44,716 nucleotides of DNA from Chloroflexia bacterium. Its GTDB lineage: Bacteria; Chloroflexota; Chloroflexia; Thermomicrobiales; UBA6265. Where the stretch lies: contig JACCVC010000041.1 of NCBI GenBank assembly GCA_013698305.1, positions 1 to 44,716 on the forward strand. The letters run 5' to 3'. The translations under genes were made by a program, and so were the position numbers. Under the pieces are notes generated by a model. It did not search any database. It was not told the origin of the DNA and worked only from the letters and a program-made list of their open reading frames with translations. Shown in pieces: positions 26,490-35,353 of the stretch. The first letter of the stretch is position 1; the number at the start of each line of letters is the position of its first letter.

Positions 26490-27325
26490 CCCGTCGTGCC
26501 TCCGCCGATCCGCGCGAACAGTCGCTCCACAAGCGGTCGGACCTCACTCCAGGATCGAACCGAGTCGAACGGGATCAGGTGATTGCCCGCCACCTCGTGA
26601 TACGAAACCCGGCCACCGAGATGATCGGCCAGCCAGCGGGCGTTGTGATGACCGACGACGTCATCGGGACGTCCCTGGATGATGGTTGCCGGGACGGTGA
26701 TGTGGCGGGCGAGCCGCCCTGCCTCGCGACCGATCAGCCGACAGTCGTTCAGCAACCTGGTCGGCAGCACGTAGTCCTCGCGGATCGCTCGTTGTGTCTC
26801 GGAATCATCGACATCCAGCCCGGGCATCGTGTTCTCGAAGAACCGCTTCGTCGCTGGTTGCGAGAAATCCATACCCTTGAAGGGCGTCAGTTCGCGCAGC
26901 ACCAGCTTCGCGACCGGCAGCGCCACCGCCTTGGGATCAGCAAGACGGACCAGCGGCGCAAAGAGCGCCAGTTCGTCAGGTGGCCGAGCCGCTGCGGCAT
27001 GGATCGCCAGAGCCGCGCCCAGCGAGTAGCCGAGCAGCACCCGCCGTCGATAACGGGTGGTGAAATCGTCCCAGCGCTCCATCACCGACGCGAGCCAGTC
27101 ATCGCCGCGCACTTCGAGGAATCGACCGATGTCCGCGCCCATGCCGGGAATGCCGATTACCTCTACGTCACTCCCAGCGTTGAAGGCGATCTCCGCGGTC
27201 GGGCGTAGCTCGTCGGGCGTGCCGGTGAAGCCGTGGATCATCAGGACGCCCGGTCGATCGGGATTCTCGTCTTCATGCTTCAGGCTAAATGGGTGATATC
27301 GCTCTTGCGCGTACCAGATCAGCAT
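26486..27325 (-). CDS. Alpha/beta-hydrolase (Est30/YvaK-type carboxylesterase-like)
   Basis: Oxyanion region LMIHGFTGTP, nucleophile elbow GYSLGA, then GRPDDVV (Asp) and AGNHLIP (His). It is the first gene of the minus-strand carotenoid operon. Confidence 0.78.
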   Translation of the reverse strand: MLIWYAQERYHPFSLKHEDENPDRPGVLMIHGFTGTPDELRPTAEIAFNAGSDVEVIGIPGMGADIGRFLEVRGDDWLASVMERWDDFTTRYRRRVLLGYSLGAALAIHAAAARPPDELALFAPLVRLADPKAVALPVAKLVLRELTPFKGMDFSQPATKRFFENTMPGLDVDDSETQRAIREDYVLPTRLLNDCRLIGREAGRLARHITVPATIIQGRPDDVVGHHNARWLADHLGGRVSYHEVAGNHLIPFDSVRSWSEVRPLVERLFARIGGGTTG

Positions 27326-27447
27326 TGATGGATCCCAAGGAATGCGTCATTCAACATGTCGTCAAGTGTCGCGGCTGCGCATGGTTCCGTCGAGGATCGT
27401 GCCACATTCCCGCTACAGAGCGGGGTCGACGCCCGCCACCCATCAAC

Positions 27448-27486
27448 GTAGCCTAACGTGCGTAGGGGCAGACACAGGGTCTGCCC
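27448..27486. repeat. REP-like hairpin plus a truncated GTAGCC head, in the hydrolase/crtI divergent spacer
   Basis: GTAGCCTAAC (truncated) then GTAG-GGGCAGAC-ACAGG-GTCTGCCC (27462-27486, perfect 8-bp stem). Confidence 0.7.
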
Positions 27487-27520
27487 GTTGAACCCAGCTC
27501 TCGGACGGGGAATGAGATCA

Positions 27521-29026
27521 ATGCAGGTATTGGTGATTGGCAGCGGGTTCGGCGGGCTGGCGGCGGCGATCCGCCTGGCCGCTCGAGGGCACGACGTCAC
27601 GATCCTGGAACAGCGCGATGCGCCGGGAGGTCGCGCCTACGTCTACCGGCAGGATGGTTTCACCTTCGACGGCGGTCCGACCGTGATCACCGCGCCGTGG
27701 TTGCTCGCCGACCTGTTCGAGCTCGCTGGCGAGACTATGGCGGATCATCTCGACCTCGTGCCACTCACCCCGTTCTACCGCATCTTCTTCGACGACGGCG
27801 ACAGCATGGACTACACCGGCGACCCCGAGGCGATGGAGGCGGAAATCCGACGGTTGACCGGCGGCGAGGAGGATGTCGCTGGCTACCGGCAATTCTCCCG
27901 CCAATCAGCGCGCATCTTCGCCAAGGGGTTCACCGAGCTTGCCGACAAGCCGTTCCTGTCGGTGGCCGACATGCTCCGAATCGCTCCTGACCTGATGCGC
28001 CTTCAGAGCTTTCGCACGGTCTACGGCTTCGTCAGCCGCTTTGTCCGCAACGAAAAGCTGCGGCAGGCGCTTTCATTCCATCCCTTGCTGATCGGCGGCA
28101 ACCCATTTCAGACCACCAGCGTTTACGCGCTGATCCACCACCTGGAGCGGCACTGGGGGGTCTGGTTCGCGCGGGGTGGAACCGCCGCCATCGTCGATGC
28201 GCTCGTCGCGCTGTTCCAGCGGCTCGGCGGCACAATCCGGTACAACAGTCCGGTGACGCGAATCCATGCCGGCAATCGCCGGGCCAGCGGCGTGCGCCTC
28301 GCCGACGGCACGGACCTCAACTCGGACATCGTCGTCAGCAACGGCGATGTCGCGCAAACGTACCGCACCATGCTGCCGGAACACGTCCGTCCGACCTGGA
28401 CCGACGAGAAGCTGGAAAAGCTGCGCTACTCGATGTCGCTGGTGGTGATCTATTTCGGCGCCGACCGTCAGTATCGAGGGGACGATGCGCCGGCGCTGGC
28501 CCACCACAACATCATCCTGGGTCCTAGATACAAGGAGCTTCTCACCGACGTCTTCACGAAGAAGGTCCTCGCCGATGATTTCTCGCTGTACCTGCACATG
28601 CCGACGCTGACCGACCCCAACCTTGCGCCAGAGGGCCACGAAGCGTTTTACGTGCTGTCGCCGGTGCCGCATCTTGGCGGCTCTGCCGATTGGGCAAAGG
28701 CGGCGAGGCCGTACCGGGATCGGATCATGCAATTCCTGGAGGATCGCTACCTGCCCGGCCTGTCGCGGCACCTCGTCACTGAACACATGATCGATCCGCG
28801 GCACTTCGCGACGACGTTGAGCAGCTGGCAGGGGTCGGCGTTCTCGATCGAGCCGGTGTTGACGCAGTCGGCCTGGTTCCGACCGCACAACCGGGCGGAG
28901 GATATCGACAACCTGTATTTTGTGGGCGCGGGGACGCATCCTGGGGCAGGTCTGCCGGGCGTGCTGACCTCGGCCAAGATCGCCGACGACCTCATCGCGG
29001 GACAGAGTGAATCTCATGAAGATTGA
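27521..29026 (+). CDS. crtI: Phytoene desaturase
   Basis: FAD fold MQVLVIGSGFGGLAAAIRLAARGHDVTILEQRDAPGGRA and C-terminal FVGAGTHPGAGLPGV. I prefer the ATG at 27521 to the upstream GTG, whose extension runs through the REP. Confidence 0.92.
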   Translation: MQVLVIGSGFGGLAAAIRLAARGHDVTILEQRDAPGGRAYVYRQDGFTFDGGPTVITAPWLLADLFELAGETMADHLDLVPLTPFYRIFFDDGDSMDYTGDPEAMEAEIRRLTGGEEDVAGYRQFSRQSARIFAKGFTELADKPFLSVADMLRIAPDLMRLQSFRTVYGFVSRFVRNEKLRQALSFHPLLIGGNPFQTTSVYALIHHLERHWGVWFARGGTAAIVDALVALFQRLGGTIRYNSPVTRIHAGNRRASGVRLADGTDLNSDIVVSNGDVAQTYRTMLPEHVRPTWTDEKLEKLRYSMSLVVIYFGADRQYRGDDAPALAHHNIILGPRYKELLTDVFTKKVLADDFSLYLHMPTLTDPNLAPEGHEAFYVLSPVPHLGGSADWAKAARPYRDRIMQFLEDRYLPGLSRHLVTEHMIDPRHFATTLSSWQGSAFSIEPVLTQSAWFRPHNRAEDIDNLYFVGAGTHPGAGLPGVLTSAKIADDLIAGQSESHED

Positions 29027-29029
29027 CGC

Positions 29030-29101
29030 GTACGGGCCGGTCTTGTGCCGGCCTTCGATCGCATTCGGCAACGAGGGAGACCACAAGGGTCTCCCTCGTA
29101 C
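29030..29101. repeat. REPIN-like inverted doublet of GTAC-headed hairpins
   Basis: GTAC-GGGCCGG-TCTTGTG-CCGGCC (29030-29053), then GAGGGAGACC-ACAAG-GGTCTCCCTC (29073-29097, perfect 10 bp) followed by GTAC (29098-29101). Confidence 0.8.
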
Positions 29102-29110
29102 GCGGCTCAG

Positions 29111-30124
29111 CTACGGTGTATAGCGGCGTGGGCGATCGTTGCGGTTGGTCGAGAACTCCTGTTCCCACGGCGACCGTGATCGCCGATTCTCCAGATTGGG
29201 CGGCTGGGGCTCGTCGTACAGGTCTTCGTCCTCGACCTCGACCGGCTCCTCGCGCCATTCCGGCTGCCCGTCTGTTTCCTCGTCGGCGGTATGCTCATCG
29301 CCGCCGGCCTCGATCACCGCGACCGACGCGTCGATCTCGAGCGCTTCGATCACCAGCGGATGCGCCGGATTGAGCTCGGTTGTCACCAGCTCGTTGCCCT
29401 GGCCGTTGATGGTCTGTCGCTTGATCAGCACCTGCTTGCGCAGGAACTCCATCACCTTGGCCTCGATGTGCTCCGAGGGCAGCTTCGAGCGATCCACGAA
29501 ACGCCAGAGCGACCGGCTCATGTGACTCTGAGTGGGCACAAAGCCGTCATGCAGCTGCTCGACATAGGTGCTGATCGACTGGATCACGGAGATGTCGATG
29601 TCCTCGGTCTGTTCCAGCTCGATCGGGTCGTCCTCGCCAGCCGCCGCGACCAAGTCCGGGCTGACCGACCCCGGCACTCCGCAGATCACCACCCGCAGGC
29701 CCAGACGATTGCGAAGCGTGGTCACCAGCCGGATGAAATCCTTGTCGCCACTGAACAGCAGGAACGTCTTGATGTCCGGACGCACGAGCGCGGTGTTGAT
29801 GATGTCGACCACGAGATTGAGGTCTGAGCGCGAGGCGAGCTTCTCCCGCCCCTGCGAGTCCTGCGACCGTTTCACCGGGTAGTGGTTCATCTCAAATCCG
29901 GCGACGTCGAGCCGGGTGCGGACATACGGAGGATGCTGATCGAAATCGGCGTAGGCCTTGGCCACCGACATCAATCCGTACTTGAGCGCCTTGTCACGCC
30001 AGACAACCGGGTCCGGTTCCCGCCCGTAGGAATTGATGGTGGAATACCGGATGTTCTCGAAATCCACGAACGCCGCAACTTCATCGGCTCGACCGGTCCG
30101 CCCGGCCATCGGTCCATTCACCAC
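29111..30124 (-). CDS. NYN (LabA/DUF88-like PIN-fold) domain protein with a C-terminal helical (OST-HTH/LOTUS-like) region and a low-complexity tail
   Basis: Motifs AAFVDFENI and LLFSGDKDFIRLV. The GTG start at 30124 lies 6 nt after GAGGAGAG. Confidence 0.75.
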   Translation of the reverse strand: MVNGPMAGRTGRADEVAAFVDFENIRYSTINSYGREPDPVVWRDKALKYGLMSVAKAYADFDQHPPYVRTRLDVAGFEMNHYPVKRSQDSQGREKLASRSDLNLVVDIINTALVRPDIKTFLLFSGDKDFIRLVTTLRNRLGLRVVICGVPGSVSPDLVAAAGEDDPIELEQTEDIDISVIQSISTYVEQLHDGFVPTQSHMSRSLWRFVDRSKLPSEHIEAKVMEFLRKQVLIKRQTINGQGNELVTTELNPAHPLVIEALEIDASVAVIEAGGDEHTADEETDGQPEWREEPVEVEDEDLYDEPQPPNLENRRSRSPWEQEFSTNRNDRPRRYTP

Positions 30125-30456
30125 GAGCGACTCTCCTCAATACATAAGTGATTCAGCTATCGATTACCATCTGACGCCTGTCGTCACAATCTCGCGCAGT
30201 TCCGAATCACTGATTCTTGAACTGCCAGTTCGCCTCGTTCGGCCAGCCACACGCTCTCTGGGTGCTGCTGTTCGCCCAATTACACAACGGGCCAAAGGAT
30301 TCACCTGTAACGCCGGATTACCACTCACCGGCCACATCACACCACAGCAACACATCGCCGTTCGAACCTGAAACCTGCCGTCATATTGATGCGACAATAC
30401 CACGTCTGGCAAGGGCAGGAGTATGTCCGAATCATGGTTAGGAAGAGGGTCCGACC

Positions 30457-31449
30457 CTACGATGTGGCGGCGTCTGCCGCCAGCACTGCCGCTCCGATCA
30501 CGCCGGAGAAGTCCCCCAGACCGGCTCGCTCGATCTGCACTGCCTGACCGGCGTGCGCCAGTGCCTGTTTCCGTGTCGATGTCTCCGCCGCCTCAAAGTA
30601 GGCGTCGACCGATTCGATCACCCCACCGCCGAGGATGATGCGGGTAGGGTTGAGAAAGTTGACGACGTTGGCGAGCCCATATCCCAGGTAGGTTCCTCCC
30701 TCGTCGATGACCTCCCGCACCATCTCGTCCTTCAGCTTCAGCGCCTCGCGGATCATGCCGGATTTGAACGGCGCCACCGCCGGATCGGCTGGATCGAGGT
30801 CGGGCATCATCTCGCTCAGCACCGACTTCCGGCCTCGTCGCAATTCGCCCAGCATCGCCCGCGTCATGCCGGTGCGAGAGGCGTACGCCTCCAGGTGGCC
30901 ATGCGCGCCACACCCGCAGACCCGCCCGCCGACCTGCACCGTGGTGTGCCCCAGCTCGCCGGCGTTGCCCGCCGAGCCCGCCACGATCTCGCCGTTGCGG
31001 ACGATGCCGCCCCCGATCCCGGTGCCGACGAAGACGACGACGAAATCGTCGATGTCCTTGCCCGCGCCGAAGCGGAATTCGCCAGCGGCGGCGATCTGCA
31101 CGTCGTTGCGGATGATCGCCGGGATGCCCAACTCATCCTTGAGCAGTTTCGCCATTGGCAGGTCAACGACCGACCGGCTGAGGTTTGCGGTACCGACCAG
31201 GATGCCGCGCTCGACATCGACCTGTCCGGCGATGCCGACGCACACACCGGTGATGTCGCCCATCTCCGTGCCGGCCTTGCCCGCAGCCTTGCGGGCGACA
31301 TCGAAGATCCTCTGCATCAGCTCCTCAGGTCCGTCGGTCGAGTCGGTCTTCTTCTTGCCGGTTCCCATGACCTTGCCGGTGTCGACATCGACCACGCTCG
31401 CCAGCACCTTGGTTCCGCCGAAATCAACACCGAGCGCCAGTCGTGCCAT
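30457..31449 (-). CDS. ROK family sugar kinase (glucokinase-like)
   Basis: LGVDFGGTK, GIGGGIV and zinc motif CGCGAHGHLEAY. The start MARLALG at 31449 is preceded by AGGGAGA. The track N-terminal extension crosses a REP. Confidence 0.85.
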   Translation of the reverse strand: MARLALGVDFGGTKVLASVVDVDTGKVMGTGKKKTDSTDGPEELMQRIFDVARKAAGKAGTEMGDITGVCVGIAGQVDVERGILVGTANLSRSVVDLPMAKLLKDELGIPAIIRNDVQIAAAGEFRFGAGKDIDDFVVVFVGTGIGGGIVRNGEIVAGSAGNAGELGHTTVQVGGRVCGCGAHGHLEAYASRTGMTRAMLGELRRGRKSVLSEMMPDLDPADPAVAPFKSGMIREALKLKDEMVREVIDEGGTYLGYGLANVVNFLNPTRIILGGGVIESVDAYFEAAETSTRKQALAHAGQAVQIERAGLGDFSGVIGAAVLAADAATS

Positions 31450-31492
31450 TGGTATGCATCTCCCTGATTCCAAATGATCCGGACCAACACCC

Positions 31493-31567
31493 GTAGCCTC
31501 GGACCTCGTGTTCCGGGTCTGTCGATCCCAACGGGTTTTGCCGGACCGACACAAGGTCGGTCCCTAC
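31493..31567. repeat. Two REP-like hairpins; the second supplies the stop codon of the LLM oxidoreductase gene
   Basis: GTAGCCTCGGAC...TTCCGGG (degenerate) and GGACCGAC-ACAAG-GTCGGTCC (31543-31563) followed by CTAC (31564-31567). The reverse complement of 31564-31566 is the TAG stop of the next gene. Confidence 0.72.
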
Positions 31568-32517
31568 GAGTCGAGGCGTTCGAGTACGTGGCCGAACGCT
31601 TCGATCGATTGCGGCGTGGTGGGGTCGAGCCCCGCCACGAAGTGCTTCATTCCCACATCACGGAAGCCGGCAATCACCTCCGCCTTGTGCTCGTCGTCGC
31701 CCTCGATCGGGTTGGGGCGTCGTCCCAGGTAGCCTTCCATCGCGATGTTGCCGCCGGCGGTTCGCACCAGGGTGGCGGGATCGCGACCCGCTGCGATGCA
31801 CGCCGCGTCGACCTGTTCCATCAGCGGCTTGACCGCTTCGGCGTCCTTGTGCCACACCGTGTTCCACGCGTCGGCGTAGTCGGCGATGATGCCCAGCATC
31901 CGATCCCCCGACGACCCTATTAGGATCGGCGCCCCGGCGGCTCGAGGCCCGCGCGGTTGGTTCACAGCGCCGTTCGCCGAGAAGAACCGCCCTTCCGAAG
32001 TCGCCTCGCCCTTGCGCAGCAGGGGGTGGATGATCCGGATCGCCTCTTCGAATCTCGTGACGCGATAGTCGAACGGCATCCCGAACTGGTCGTACTCTGG
32101 CTGGTGCCACCCAGCGCCGAGGCCGAGGATGAACCGGCCATCGCTGATGTCGTCGATCGTCTCGGTCATCTTGGCGATAACGCCAGGGTTGCGATATCCA
32201 GTGCAGGCCACCAACGCGCCGATCTTGACCTCCGGCACCCGTGCCGCCACTCCCGCCATCAGGGTAAAGGCTTCCCAGACGCCGCGCAGCTCGTCTTCGG
32301 GCGACCCCATGGTGAAGTGGTCGGCAAACCAGAGTGCATCGACCCCGATGTCCCTGGCGACCTCCGCCATCTCCACGATGTCGTTAAAGTGCGGCGTGTC
32401 GCCAAAAGCCGAGCCTTCGCCTATCGGCATCATCAGGCCCACGCCCATCGGCCTGCTGTCCTCAACCCAGTGTCCGGTCGCCATCAACCCCTCGTCTGTC
32501 GACATATCGTGCGTCAT
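31564..32517 (-). CDS. Luciferase-like monooxygenase (LLM) class flavin/F420-dependent oxidoreductase
   Basis: ALWFADHF, GYRNPGVIAKM and DISDGRFILGLGAGW. Strong RBS GGAGGGAAAG precedes the ATG at 32517. Confidence 0.82.
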   Translation of the reverse strand: MTHDMSTDEGLMATGHWVEDSRPMGVGLMMPIGEGSAFGDTPHFNDIVEMAEVARDIGVDALWFADHFTMGSPEDELRGVWEAFTLMAGVAARVPEVKIGALVACTGYRNPGVIAKMTETIDDISDGRFILGLGAGWHQPEYDQFGMPFDYRVTRFEEAIRIIHPLLRKGEATSEGRFFSANGAVNQPRGPRAAGAPILIGSSGDRMLGIIADYADAWNTVWHKDAEAVKPLMEQVDAACIAAGRDPATLVRTAGGNIAMEGYLGRRPNPIEGDDEHKAEVIAGFRDVGMKHFVAGLDPTTPQSIEAFGHVLERLDS

Positions 32518-32584
32518 CTTTCCCTCCGGTTCATCGAGTTCATCGTCGGCATTGTCGCAGGAACCGACGGAATTGTCCGCCAGA

Positions 32585-33334
32585 TTACTGAAGATTCATG
32601 GTTCGCAAGCGCCAGGCCGCCATCCCGATCGTCACCGCGATCAACACGCCGACCGTGATCAGCGCGGTGGACGTCCGGGACGCGCCGTCGAGCAACACTA
32701 CCGGATCGTCCAGCAGCCGCACGAAGATCGACTGCGTGTAGTGGCGAATGCTGATCGTGCGGATGCCTGGCAGGAACTGCGATAGCAGCGATTCCCAGAC
32801 AAAGACGTAGAAAATACCGATCAGCAGCGCTCGCGACGAGTAGAGGCTGATCAGCAGGAACAACGCGCTGAAGGCGGCAATGCCCGCGAGGCTGGCGACC
32901 AGCATCGGCAGGATCATATCCCGCGTGTCGTTCAGGAACCCCCACGATGACACCAGCCAGACCGTCAGCAGGGCGCCCCACGCAATCGGCACGGTCACCA
33001 GCAGCGTGCCGATGTACTTCTCGACCACAATCCGAAGGCGGCTCGACGGCTTCATTGTCAGGTAGGGCAGGGTGCGGTCCTCGATCTCGTCGCCGAGCGC
33101 CGCGGTCGACAGCACCAGCGCCGCCAGGGGCAGCAGGGTAGAGGCGAACAATCCGACAAAGATTGGCGTCGCGAGGAAGTCGCGAATCTCCCAGATTCTC
33201 GGGTCAGGGACGGCCAGGCGCAGGATGATGGCGAAGAAGACCGGGATCACGCAGATCCCCGCGACCACCAGCACCGATTTCGCGCGCAGAAACTGACGGA
33301 TGGTCAGTTGCGTGATGGTGAATTGTCCAGTCAC
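32585..33334 (-). CDS. ABC-2 type transporter permease
   Basis: 249 aa with about 6 TM segments. GTG start with a GGAG RBS. It is the last gene of the tandem ABC operon. Confidence 0.7.
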   Translation of the reverse strand: MTGQFTITQLTIRQFLRAKSVLVVAGICVIPVFFAIILRLAVPDPRIWEIRDFLATPIFVGLFASTLLPLAALVLSTAALGDEIEDRTLPYLTMKPSSRLRIVVEKYIGTLLVTVPIAWGALLTVWLVSSWGFLNDTRDMILPMLVASLAGIAAFSALFLLISLYSSRALLIGIFYVFVWESLLSQFLPGIRTISIRHYTQSIFVRLLDDPVVLLDGASRTSTALITVGVLIAVTIGMAAWRLRTMNLQ

Positions 33335-33374
33335 AGGTCGCTCCAGGATTCGAACGTGTTTTGGCGTTCATCGC

Positions 33375-33396
33375 GTAGCGCCGACCCTGTGTCGGC
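33375..33396. repeat. REP-like hairpin inside the ABC operon (between the ATPase and permease genes)
   Basis: Sequence GTAG-C-GCCGAC-CCTGT-GTCGGC. Confidence 0.6.
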
Positions 33397-33443
33397 CTGT
33401 GGAACACCCCTATCCGACGACATCGTCATGACATCCGGCCTAT

Positions 33444-34421
33444 TCACCGCTCGACCAGATAGGAGAACACCGACGCCAGCGACTCATCAGTCGCCTGGAC
33501 TTCGTATAGCCGGACTCCATGCTCTTTCGCCAGCTTCGGCACGGCGCGATAGAACGCGCGGACATCCCGGGTGTCGGCGATGACGCGATTGTGCTCGTCG
33601 ATCCGCACGCCGCGCACCGCGTCGCTGCCGATCAGGGCGCCGGCCAGCACGCGGGGCCGGTCCGCTCGCAGGCGAATCTCATGGTCGTGGGCGTCGATCT
33701 GGTTCCGGATCGCCCGGAAGTCGCCCACTGCCGCCAGCTTGCCGTTGACCATCACGATGATGTTCTGGGCGAATCGCTCGACTTCCTCAAGCACATGCGA
33801 CGAGACCACGACCGTCTTGCCATCGCGCCCGAGCTGGCGGATCAGCCGGATCAGGTGGGCGCGCTGCACCGGGTCGGTGCCGTTCAGGGGCTCGTCCATC
33901 AGCAGGATGTCCGGATCATGCACCAGCGCCCCGGCCACCTTGATCCGCTGGCGCATGCCCTTGGAATACTCGCCGACCTTGCGGTCAGCCGCCGCCTGCA
34001 TGTCGACCATGGCGATCGCCAGCTCAACCTTCGTCTTCACGTCAGGCAGCTTCTGCAGGCGAGCGTTGAGCCGCACGAACTCGCGACCGGTCAGCGACGG
34101 ATAGATGGTCTCGTGCTCCGACACCAGCCCGAGCCGTCGATAGACATCGGGCCGCCCGCGGATCGCGTGCCCGTCGATGGTGATCCTGCCGCTGGACGGC
34201 GCGATCAACCCGCAGATCATGTTCAGCGCGGTGGATTTCCCCGCGCCGTTAGGCCCAAGTAACCCGGTGACACCGGGGCCGATGCCGAACGTCACGTTCG
34301 ACACCGCGACGATGTCGCCGTACCACTTGGAGACCTCATCCAGCAGGACCGTCGCCGTTTGCCCGTGCTGAAGTCCGGGAATCGCGACTGGCGGAGATGA
34401 GGCGCTGTTTGCGTCGTTCAT
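33444..34421 (-). CDS. ABC transporter ATP-binding protein
   Basis: Walker A GPNGAGKST, signature YSKGMRQR, Walker B ILLMDEP. The start ATG at 34421 has GGAG 7 nt upstream. The track extension overlaps the upstream permease gene. Confidence 0.88.
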   Translation of the reverse strand: MNDANSASSPPVAIPGLQHGQTATVLLDEVSKWYGDIVAVSNVTFGIGPGVTGLLGPNGAGKSTALNMICGLIAPSSGRITIDGHAIRGRPDVYRRLGLVSEHETIYPSLTGREFVRLNARLQKLPDVKTKVELAIAMVDMQAAADRKVGEYSKGMRQRIKVAGALVHDPDILLMDEPLNGTDPVQRAHLIRLIRQLGRDGKTVVVSSHVLEEVERFAQNIIVMVNGKLAAVGDFRAIRNQIDAHDHEIRLRADRPRVLAGALIGSDAVRGVRIDEHNRVIADTRDVRAFYRAVPKLAKEHGVRLYEVQATDESLASVFSYLVER

Positions 34422-34435
34422 GGTCATGCTCCGCT

Positions 34436-35353
34436 TCAGGATGCGTTGCGCGGCGAGTAGCGCCAGCGCACGAACAGTGATCCGCCGATGACCACGACCG
34501 CGGACCAGGCGTAGTACGCCAGGGCTGGCAGGTCGGCGATCTGGACATAGCGGCCCGGCTCGCTGTTGAAGAGCGAGGACGCGATCGCCGCGTACACCTG
34601 GCCCGGCGCGACAAAGATCATGTACCGGCGCCAATCCTGGCCGAGCTCGGCCATCGCCAGCTCGGCCAGCCCACCGAACACCAGCCCGCCGATCACGATC
34701 ACGGCGATGGCGACGCCCTTGCGGTCGGTCAGCGACGATATCACCAGCGAGATCGTCCCCAGCGTCAGCGCGATGATGGTCCCCAACAGGATCACCCTGG
34801 CGAGATCGTCGATGTTGTCGCGCATGGCGCTGGCCGGCGAGTCAGCGGTCAGTTGCCGTCCAAGCCAGAGGATGATCGCGGGAATCACCGACATGGTCAT
34901 CGTCAGCACGGTCGCGGCCGCGATCTTGGCGAATACGTAGTCGAAGCGAGTGATGGCGCGGGCGAAGTAGAGCGGCAAGGTCCGCTCGCGCCGGTCCGGC
35001 ACCAGCATCTCGGGCACGATTATCGCCACGAAGATCACCTCAAGCAGCGCGATGGCCTGGAAATACTCGGGGTATGACGCGACCTCAGCCTGGGGGATCA
35101 GCGCTGAGATGCCGATCATCACGATCAGCGGGATGAACGCGGAGAAGTACAGCAGCGCCGGCAGGATCTTCGCCGTCCAGGATTTGCGGATGCCCAGCGC
35201 CCGCTTGATCGAGTAGCCGAACAACGACACGATCGCCCGCCGCCGCCCTTCACGCGGCCCGTCGTAATGGGCATACCCGCGGTCGAACACCTCGCCGTAG
35301 CGAGACGCGCCCTCATTCGGCGCTGCGGGGATCGGTGACGTGGTATCAGACAC
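34436..35353 (-). CDS. ABC-2 type transporter permease
   Basis: 305 aa: a cytoplasmic N-terminus followed by about 6 TM segments. GTG start after GGAGGAGG. It overlaps the upstream ATPase stop by 8 nt. Confidence 0.72.
   Translation of the reverse strand: MSDTTSPIPAAPNEGASRYGEVFDRGYAHYDGPREGRRRAIVSLFGYSIKRALGIRKSWTAKILPALLYFSAFIPLIVMIGISALIPQAEVASYPEYFQAIALLEVIFVAIIVPEMLVPDRRERTLPLYFARAITRFDYVFAKIAAATVLTMTMSVIPAIILWLGRQLTADSPASAMRDNIDDLARVILLGTIIALTLGTISLVISSLTDRKGVAIAVIVIGGLVFGGLAELAMAELGQDWRRYMIFVAPGQVYAAIASSLFNSEPGRYVQIADLPALAYYAWSAVVVIGGSLFVRWRYSPRNAS

Noticed and set aside
28073-29086. 337-aa minus-strand ORF antisense to crtI
   Set aside because: The crtI frame is unambiguous. This ORF also runs into the REP doublet.
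30355-30375. tRNA-like GGTTCGAAC T-loop-like motif on the minus strand
   Set aside because: No flanking T-stem, acceptor stem or anticodon arm can be drawn, so this is not a tRNA.
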